The notes below the pieces were generated by a model, which did not search any database, had not been told where the DNA came from, and saw nothing but the letters and a program-made list of their open reading frames with translations. Below are positions 1-10,200 of a DNA stretch of 64,000 nucleotides, one piece after another; the stretch's first letter is position 1; every line of letters starts with the position of its first letter. Source of the stretch: a virus; IMG/VR virus record IMGVR_UViG_3300034284_000578, positions 44,577 to 108,576 of that record, one strand, 5' to 3'. The position numbers and the translations under genes are program-made.

Positions 1-1
1 A

Positions 2-1258
2 AAAGCATCTGAAGCACAATGGGTAGTTCCAAAATTTATAAGAGCAAAAAATTTAAATGAAGAAGATGCTGCTTTACTAATTGGCACCGAACTTTATGTT
101 TTAGATGAAAATGGTTCAAAGACATTTTCTGCTATAATAGAAGATACGTATACATTTTACTATGCAAGTAATCCAATAACCACTTTAAATTTAATAAATG
201 TAACTGGAAATTTAAATAGTTCTAAAGTTTACTATAGCAAAAATGTATTTGGAGTAATAGAGGAATATAGTATTGATTTGTATTCTATGATAATAGATTA
301 CTATCTTTATAAATGCCCGGATTCTTTTGGTTATCCAATATATGATTTTGAAGTTGGAATGATCGTTAATTTGGTTAATTTGGGGACTGCTATTTGGCTA
401 TTGTGTAATGGTGGTGAAACCGTGGAAGCAATAACAGAAGATGGATGCACTCCACTTTATGGAGGAATTATAGATCCAGAAAGAATAGATTTACCTAATC
501 AAAATTTAAAGCACGAAGATTTTGGAGCAGGATTTGAAGCCCAAATTAGTAAAGTGAACGAAAAGGGCGAAATAGAAGAAATACAAATATTAGATCCTGG
601 ATTTAATTGGGGATTAAATGTAAATGGATATGGCACGCAATTTACAGGTAAGCCTAATCCCAAAATTGAAAGTACTGACAGACTTTATGATTGCAGAATA
701 CGTTATGTTACTGGTTATTTGTTTACTGGAACTGGGTTTTATAGAAGTAAAAAATCACTGTTAAGCCAAATGGGCATTCTTCAAGATAATTTTTATTATC
801 AACAAAACTCATATGAAATTGGTTCTAACGTTAATTCTTACAAATTTTCTGACATTTTAAAACAAAATGTACATCCTGCGGGGTATAAGGCATTTTATCG
901 ATATGATGTTTTAGACAATATTATTGAAAAACGCGAATTGACTACTTCTGAGCCGGGATCATTTGAATTGCGTTTTGGTTTTGATGAAGATGGAAATACA
1001 CTTGGTTCTGATGTTTATGAAAATATCATACAGACTGAATTTCAAACCTTTTCCAATTTTGCAAATTTTAAAATTGGTTTAGAACCACCTGAAGTTACTG
1101 ATCTAAATATACTGGAAGAAGAAATTATATACACCACAGATTTAGAAATTTCAACAAATGATATTCCAGAAGATTCTGACGGTATAGAAGATTCTCCGTT
1201 AGTAATTCCAAATGAATTAACTTCACCTCCCAGATCTACAACAAGTCCTATAGAATAA
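2..1258 (+). CDS. gp7: Baseplate wedge protein, gp7-like; C-terminal part, 5'-truncated by the window
   Basis: The frame is open from position 2 (KASEAQWVVPKF...), upstream of the tracked TTG at 278. It has the LQDNFYYQQNSYEI...VHPAGY motif typical of T4-like gp7 C-termini and lies upstream of gp8. Confidence 0.75.
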   Translation, partial: KASEAQWVVPKFIRAKNLNEEDAALLIGTELYVLDENGSKTFSAIIEDTYTFYYASNPITTLNLINVTGNLNSSKVYYSKNVFGVIEEYSIDLYSMIIDYYLYKCPDSFGYPIYDFEVGMIVNLVNLGTAIWLLCNGGETVEAITEDGCTPLYGGIIDPERIDLPNQNLKHEDFGAGFEAQISKVNEKGEIEEIQILDPGFNWGLNVNGYGTQFTGKPNPKIESTDRLYDCRIRYVTGYLFTGTGFYRSKKSLLSQMGILQDNFYYQQNSYEIGSNVNSYKFSDILKQNVHPAGYKAFYRYDVLDNIIEKRELTTSEPGSFELRFGFDEDGNTLGSDVYENIIQTEFQTFSNFANFKIGLEPPEVTDLNILEEEIIYTTDLEISTNDIPEDSDGIEDSPLVIPNELTSPPRSTTSPIE

Positions 1259-1262
1259 AATT

Positions 1263-4200
1263 ATGCCAAATATTACTACATCAATAACTATTCAGCCCAC
1301 AATAAGCAGTTTGGATTCTTTAATAAATAGTCCGAATAATGCATATAATCAAGCATTGGGATCTTTGCCGGATGTTCCGCCACCCCCACCACCATCAACA
1401 GATGTGGTTATTGAAACCGATACAACAACAGATTTCGTATTCACTACAGACACAACAACAGATTTCGTATTCACTACAGACACAACAACAGATTTCGTAT
1501 TCACTACAGACACAACAACAGATTTCGTATTCACTACAGACACAACAACAGATGTTGTTGTTCCTCCATTGGATACTGATGTATCCGCATTAGACTACAC
1601 TGTTTGGGCAGCAGCATGGCAACGTGATGTAAATGTAAATGCACATTCTGTTGTTCCTATGATTTGGGTTGATCCTATGGGTGGATGGGGAGGACCAGGA
1701 ACTACAGATGTATTTACAGATGATGTGGTAAGTTCAACAAAATATAATCAATTTAAAACAACACTATTAAATGTACCAGAGGGAAGAAGAGTAATACAAC
1801 CAACATTTTGGGCAGCAGTTCCACCAAATTTAAATTGGTCACCTCTTACTTTTATTGATTATTATACTGCTTTGGATGGAACTACTTTTGATGGAAGAAA
1901 TATTTCTTGGACACCATGGCAAGAAAATATTATTGATGATGCAAAAACAAGTTTTAATCAATTTTTGGGTAGATGTAAAGCGGATGGTTTAACTTTTAAT
2001 TATATAACTGATAACACTTATTATGGTGATGGTGGTGCCCCAAGTATATGGAATTTATCAAAACCACCTGTAAGTGATAGAGATGCATACAAGATATACG
2101 TTTCAACCACCGGAAATGATAATTGGACTGGTCTATTCCCATATACTACAGGAACAAATGGACCAGTAAAAACAATTAAAAAGGCATCTGAACTTGCTAG
2201 AAATTATACAGGCAATAAAAACGTTGAAATTCAAATTCGTCAAGGTACATATCGTATGCTTGGCACAGATGCAAATCCTATCTTTTACTTAAATGAATCG
2301 AATAGTGGTAAAGAAGGAAAGTATATAACTTATAGACCATATAAGAATGAAACAGTCGTTATAAGTGGTGCTGAGGAAATAAGCCACAGTGCATTTACTT
2401 TAGTCAACTCTTCAGATTCTAAGTGGAGCAGAATATCGGCAGAAGCAAGAGGAAATGTTTATGTTGCTGATATTTCTGGTTATGATATTGGGCCCGGAAT
2501 TCCTTCCATGTGGAATGGTGGAAATATGGGTGGTGATGTTGGTAATGTCCAAGATATGCCTGCTTTGCCTGAATTGATTTTCAATGGCAAAACAATGACT
2601 GTTGCTAGATGGCCAAATAAAACATCACTCAATAGTAATGGATATACTTTTGGTGAATCTGCTGTAATTTCTTCTGTTGTCAGTAGTGGAACAAGCGGGG
2701 TGTGGTGTGTAGATCCAACTTATCTTGGAAGTAATGTCGATTTGTTAACAGATGGTCCGGCGGACGATGCAAGTTGTTATTGTGGTAGTGGTGCCCCACG
2801 TAATGAAAATTGCTTTCAAAATGCAACATTTACATATTCTTCAGATTATGATTCTGTTATTTCAACGTGGAGTAGTGCTGCAATAAATGATGGGATTTGG
2901 TTACACGGATTCTGGAGATGGGATTGGGCCGATGAAGCATATAAAGTCGTATCCATTAATACTGGTTCTAGAACTATTACTGTAGCATCAAAGAAGTCAC
3001 AATATGCTGTACAAAATTATTCACTTTGCAATCCAACAACTGGAGCATTAGATTCAACAGGAACATATTTATCCAATCCAACACCAAGACGTTGGTTTGC
3101 TCTTAATATTTTAGAAGAATTGGATACACCCGGTGAATATTACATCGATAGAGCCAACAAAAAGTTATATTTTTGGCCAACAGAAGCAATATCTGCTTCT
3201 TCAGAAATACGCATAACACACCGTGCAGTTGCTGGGCCCGGAGCAAAAGACGACGACGAGAATAGTTTTGAAGTTGGTTATCACCCAAACGGTTTCCCAG
3301 ACAGAACATGTTCAAAGTGTTTCCCATATAAAGGTTGGGAGGACACCAATTATGGTTGGTATCAACCCGGCGGCGCTTTGCAATCAAGACATGTTTACAA
3401 CAGCAAAAACACTTTAAAATCTCTATTTAAATTATACAAAACAAAAAATATTATAATTGAGGGATTAACTTTCCGTGATAGTGCTGGTAGTGGAATTGAA
3501 TTAAATCTATGCGAAAATGTAATTGTTCGCAAGTGCAAGATTTTTAACGTTAAAAAGGATGGAATAAATGCTATGGGTGGTAAAAATGTTACCATCGATA
3601 GTTGCACATTATATGATATTGGTAGAACTGCAATAATTAATACTGGCGGAAATAGACAAACTTTAGAACCAGCAAATAAATTGGTAACTAAATGTTCCAT
3701 TAAACGATGGAATAGAAATAAGTACAATTATGCTTCTGCTATAATTTTAAATGGCTGTGGCAACACTGCTTCTTATAATTTAATGTCTGATGGTAGTGCA
3801 GGTATACTGATTTATGGTGCAAATCTAACTGTAGAATATAACCATTTACATAATTTGATTGGAGAAACGGATGATGCTGGAGGAATATATGCAGGCAGAA
3901 ATACATCATTCATCAACAATGTAATCAGATACAATTTCTTTAACAACGTAAAAACTAATCTTCCGGGTGGTTATTATTACAGCAATTCAACAGTTCCGAG
4001 TGGTTGTGTTACTGCTGAAAATAAAAATACAGCAGGAACACACGGTGTTTATTTTGACGATTTAATGTCAAATTGTTCCGTTATTGGAAACGTTTTTTAT
4101 CAAATTGGTGGTGGTGAAGGATGTGCCGTATATTTTAATGGTGGTGTGAAAAACACTGTAAACAATAATCTTTTTATTGATTGTAATCGCGCATATGGTG

Positions 4201-7200
4201 CTGCGGTATCTACAAAAGGTTATTGGAATAATCATTTGAATGCTTCAAGAATAGCGATTGTTAATAATTTAAATTATCCTTGGTATGAAACTGGTGGACC
4301 GCTCGATTCAAATGGTAAAGAAACAAACGTTAGTGGATATAGTCCATACACTTGGTATGGTTCTGGTAATGGAAATACTTCTTGGGCTAATAACTCTTTA
4401 GCGGGAATAATGCCTGTTGTTGATATAACTGCCCCAATATATCAACAAACATGCCCACAATTATCTCAAATGATTTCTGTAAATGCTTCAAAGGTTGCAA
4501 CAATCGTTGAGGATGCTGCACAGTTTAAAAATAACACAAATAACAACGTAATAATTAATACTCCTTCGAATTCCGATAGGCTTGGAATTAACACCATTAG
4601 TGGTGAAACATGGTCGCAAGCAATATATGGAGGGTTTAATGTTGGTTCTGAATTAATAGAAGATACTAACACCGTTATTACTTTTGCTGAAAGAGCAAGT
4701 TTAAATTTCAAATTATCTGCTTCGGATTTGGCAACAATCAGAGCATCGTTGCCAACATTTGAAGATATTCCTTTTGAAAAAATACCAACATTATCTTATG
4801 TACCAGAATCTTATACTCAGCAAACATATTCAAACTGTGCTGTAGATAATAGACATTACACTTGCGAAAGAGATTTTTCAGATCCAGATGCTTTGGAGGC
4901 CATAGTAACTGATAGTAGATTTACAAGTACGGTAAATCCAGTAAATGGTAAAACGCTGTCGCAAGATTTTATGGATCGTTATAATGCTATTATTACTGAA
5001 ACAAATGGCATGGATCGTTCCCTATACACAAATCGAAGTTCCAGTTGGTATGTTTCACCAATAGCAACAGCATATAATGTACTATCTCCTAATTTTGGTT
5101 ACATTGTAGATGTTGGTGAACCATTTAGAATGCAACAGTTTCCGTGGTCCAATTCAAGTACAGATGCTGCAACTAGAGCATGGACTGGTGTGACTTTTGA
5201 TTGGGGAATTTATTATAGAACCACTTTCTTTAAGCAACCTCTTGCGAATAACGGTTATTCGAACGTCAAATATTCTATTGATTATTCTTATGCATTAAAT
5301 GCCGAAGAAGCACAATATGTTCAAGATCAATATGGTGGTTGGCAAGGAGACATAAGAGAAGATTACCCAGACGCTTTGTATACTCCACCATTATATGGTG
5401 AATTGGAAACTGGAATGTTTAATCGTTACACTTATGCAATAAATCCAGAAAATGATGATCAAAAATATTTGATGGGATTTGTGTGGGAAAATCAAGATTT
5501 ACCACAAGGTTATTTGAGATTTACAAGTCCAATTTGGGTTGCATTCTTAAGAGATATGAAACTATTAAGAGGCATAATTAGATCAAATCCAAACGCTTGG
5601 CAAAAATTGACACCTTGGATACCAAGTCCAGATGGTGGTGATATATCTGGTTCTAGAATGAGATATTCTAGAAGTCAAGGAGAAACGGCATTACAATTCT
5701 GGAAAGAAATGATTTTCCATGCTTGCTTACATGGAACACAACATTTTAATTATTGGAATTCTGGAGCCACATCTACAGTTGGTACAACAAATACATTAGA
5801 GTTGCACAATATTTTAGAAGAATGGCGTCAACGAAGCGGAAATAGTAGAGCGCAACCAGTAACAAATAGTAGAATTGCTGTTAATTCTTCTGTTATTATT
5901 AGTGGCGGTAGATTGCTTAGTAGTAACAAGTATCTTTGGAGAGTAACGGCTAAACCATCATCTTCAGTAACACTTAGAGCATACGGCAATTCTCTTGACA
6001 GAACCGACATTCCACAAACAATAACTTTAAATAATAACTCAAGAGGTGCTTGGCTTTTGACTGATAGTTCAGTTCCTCCAACTTATGTTCTTGATGAGGG
6101 TGGACAACAAGAAGATGTTGAATTGAAGTATATCACTTTGATGCGAGCAGATTATCATACTCAAATACACAGAGGTCGCGCCATATTTGGAGGCGCTTCT
6201 CACGACTATGGTAGTGGAATTGGATTTGATCAAAATGGTAAATCTCTCTCGGCTCTTCAATACATTTATAACACAGGTATTACATGGTCAGCTCACTCAG
6301 TTGGTAATTTGAATTGGTATTATGCTGCAAATTATAGATTAGATTCTAATGGAAATGCCATACCTGTCGTAGTTCGGACATCTCCCACAACAACCGTAAC
6401 TCACTGCAATAATGCATGTTATAGTAGTAGTGGTTGCTTCCAAGTACCAGGTATTCCTAGCATAATGTTTGTGAAATATATGTCCGAAACCGGCGAATGG
6501 GGAGCACCAATGCGTCCAAATGATCCATTCCCAAATGGTGCTGGTGGTAGTTTTGAATTTGTAACGGTAAATGGTGTTGTGTTTACAAAACAACCAACAG
6601 ATAGAGGAAAACCACTAGATTATAGTTTTACACATTATGGAAACAGCACCAATTCTTCTGGTATTCCTTATAGTTTCTGGGCAAGAACTCCAGCACAAAA
6701 TGGAAGAAATGATTTGGCATATGATTATACTTGGCAAGGAACAGTACAACTTAGACCTGGTCATGAACATGTCATTGACAGTAATAATTTAACAGTAAAA
6801 TTACGTCAACCTAGCGATGGTGCTCATCCTAAAAATGAACCGGGAAATATATGGAAGTATAAAGGTTTCGTTTTTGCACCAATAAGACAAGATGATGGAT
6901 GTGCTGATCATTTGTTTGTCGATCAATATAAAATGTTGTTAAACCTGTACAAAGCAGAGGAAGAATACAAATATTTTGTAATGAATTTGCCCACAGTACC
7001 TTCTTGCATTGTTCAAAGTGCAACTTGGAAATCTTTAGTTGCAGAAGAATTTGTAAATGGTGTGTTTAAACCAAAAGAAATATTTGTAAACTATGAAGAT
7101 GAATTAGTAGATCAAATTCGTTGTTTAAACATTACTGGCAGAACAGGTCCTAATAATTATGGTAGAATTAATAACCAACCACTAACCAATGAAATATGGG

Positions 7201-10200
7201 AAAGAATAGTTTCTTATATTAAATTGACCAGAAAAATGAATTATCATATTAAATCGGTATTTGGACCACAAGTTAAAATATCGCACTATGATATGTTTAA
7301 TTTACCATACTATCAGGAATGGAAACAGGGTTGGTGGCCAGCAAAAGATGGTCTTATATGGTCGACGGATTATTACACGGATATAGATAATGGTTGTCCA
7401 TTCTGTTCTGAATTGGACATAGATTACCCAGGTGATGTTGCGTATGCTGCTTTACCTTTAGAACAAAAACTAGTTTTTATACGCAAAGCAGTCGAAGCAT
7501 TACAGAGTAAAATATTTAAAATGGGTGCAGCGATTAGTAAAATGTGTCTATTTGAAAACGTAGAAGGACAACCAGATGTTCTTGACTTGAGACAAGAACT
7601 CTCAGAACTATTACCACAAATAGATCCTAATTTGTTTATTATTGAAGGATTAAATCACTATCCAAATTCTGCACATGGTGAAATATGTAATAACGTTCAC
7701 AAATATTATGCTGCAACTCCTAATGGATTTAATGAAGCCGCAGATGTAAATTTCAAAAATAATTCAGAAATAAACAAAAGTAGACAACAATCCATACACC
7801 ACAAAGAACAAGCCAGAGTTGGTATGTTTAATAATCAACGATCTGGTAAATTGTATTCTTGGTTTGTTCAGGGAGTTTGTGGTTCTGATGTGGCGGAAGC
7901 CATGTATGAATATTACAATTCCAATTTGAAAGATAATGCTGGATTTGTAAAATCTTGGACAGATACTAGCTTTGCTGCAACAGAAGTGTCTTCGTTCCCA
8001 TCTACAGAAACAGATCCAAATCATCTTGCTGGAGAAAGAATTTATAAAGTTAAATTTGCACCAAAAAATGCTTTAAGGAGAAGTTTTTTGAAACATATGC
8101 CATGGATTAACATGACAAATGATTTCTTAAATCGTTCTCAAATTGCAACAACAATCAAATATAAAGATGAGGTGATTTGGTCAGATAATAATATTTCCTC
8201 TGTTATAACTACAAATTTAAACGGAATAGCATCAGAACCAAAAGAATATCGCACTGAGGAGTATAACTTAAGACCATGTGCTCAAGGTGAATCACCAGTT
8301 TGTGTTTCAAATTGTCAACCAGGCGAAACACCAACGTTCAGTTGTAGAGATATAGTAGCAAATCCATATATAAAACCAAAACTGATAGAAGATAATTTTA
8401 AACTAAGAAACAATAATTTTGATACATTTAGTTGTAGTTCAGGAACTGCGGTAGTAGGGACCAATAAATCACCAAATTGTGTATCTTATTGCCATGTTGA
8501 TCCTGTTGTTCACGGTGCAGGTTCTACATCATATCCAACAACTAGTCTACTCAAAGCAAGAAGACACATTTATGGATTAGCGGTAGAGTATGCCGGTTAT
8601 GATGATATGGTAGCAATACCTCTTGAAGATTTTCCAAATGACATATATTGGGGTGGTTATCTGGGTGCAAATGGGGGCTTTGATCCATTTATCACCACAC
8701 CTCCTGCAACCGTATCGGCGGCTCAAGCACTTGATCGACCGGGTTGGCCTCATATTAGAGGAAGTGAAACTGCAAAACGAGCACAAGGATTAGGATTAAT
8801 TCTTGCTGCAAGAAAAGATTATTCAATTTACAAATACATTAAAAACCCAACACAAACAAATGTTAGAGATTGGCCACAACCAGCGGCAAACTTTGATGTG
8901 GACAGAAGACCAGGTATTGCTGCTACTATTACTGTATCTGGTGGACCAGGTGCTGAAGTAGTAATGGGCTATAGTGGTACAAACACAAATAGAGCAGAAT
9001 TCTTTAAGAAGTGTTTGGATGGAAGTGGAAATCCAATACCAAATGTTGGTTTCCAAAAACTTATTGATAACTATTTTACATGGAACTATGATAAGGGTGT
9101 TCGTAGATTTATGATTTGGACACCAGGCGGAACTGTATACCACACATATCCAAATGGTGAACGGCCAGCGGTATATACCTCTGCCATCACAAGTTCAATG
9201 GAACGTAGAATTTATGAAATTTATCAAGTCGCACAAGATGGTGTAACTACAGTAATTAATAAAATTGTAAATCCTGCCGAAGCATGTTGGAGAAATATAA
9301 CAACTCCAGTTGATGTATTCCCAACAGATGGACAAGTTAATACTCTTCTAATACCTGCAACTGTAGCAGAAGCAGAAAGTTATCCTCTTTGCTCTGATAC
9401 TGATTGGAATGGAACTTCACCTTGCTTTGATCCTGAAGGTAGAAAAAATGAAGTATTGACTTGTATGGAGCAATGGATTGATTCTCATCCAGACGCAGAT
9501 GTTGGTGTTTATATGGGTTATACAATACCAACCTTAAATGGTGAACCCGAAACTGGAACACCAACAATTATTGGTGATGCTGGTGGTGGTGGTTGGTTGC
9601 AAAATGCAGGAGATGCTGTTTGTTGTGAACCTGAGTGTTCTTTCAGTTTACTTTCAGATGCAAGTAATGGACTTCCTGCTAATAATCAAATCAGAAAACT
9701 GTTAGTAAATGGTAATACAATATATTCTGTAAATGCTGGTTCGGGTGGATTGTCTATATCCACTGATGGTGGTGCAACATATGTGACCAGAACAACAGCC
9801 AATGGTCTTGGAAGTAATACGATTAGTGATATTTTTGTTGTGGGTAATAATGTATATGCTGCAACTAACGGCGGATTATCTATCTCTACTGATGGTGGTC
9901 AAACTTTTATTAACAAAAGTGGTGGTTCTTCGGGTTTGGGGGGCACCAATTCAGCACATGTTGCTAGGATTAGTGGAGTTTTTGTAAAAAATAATACAAT
10001 TTATGCCGCAGTTGCGGGAGTTTCTGGTCCAACAGGAGGACAAACCGGGCTAGGTATTTCAACGGATGGTGGTGCTACTTTTACAATGCGAAATAGGACT
10101 AACAGCGGTTTAGGTGGTGGTAGCAGCGGTTCAGCTTGTAATACAGTATTTGTTGACACCGATAACAAAATTTATGTTGGAACACAGACCGGAGGATTGG

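Noticed and set aside
1422-1553. 30-bp repeats as a CRISPR array
   Set aside because: The copies are contiguous with no spacers, are in frame within a CDS, and no cas genes are present.
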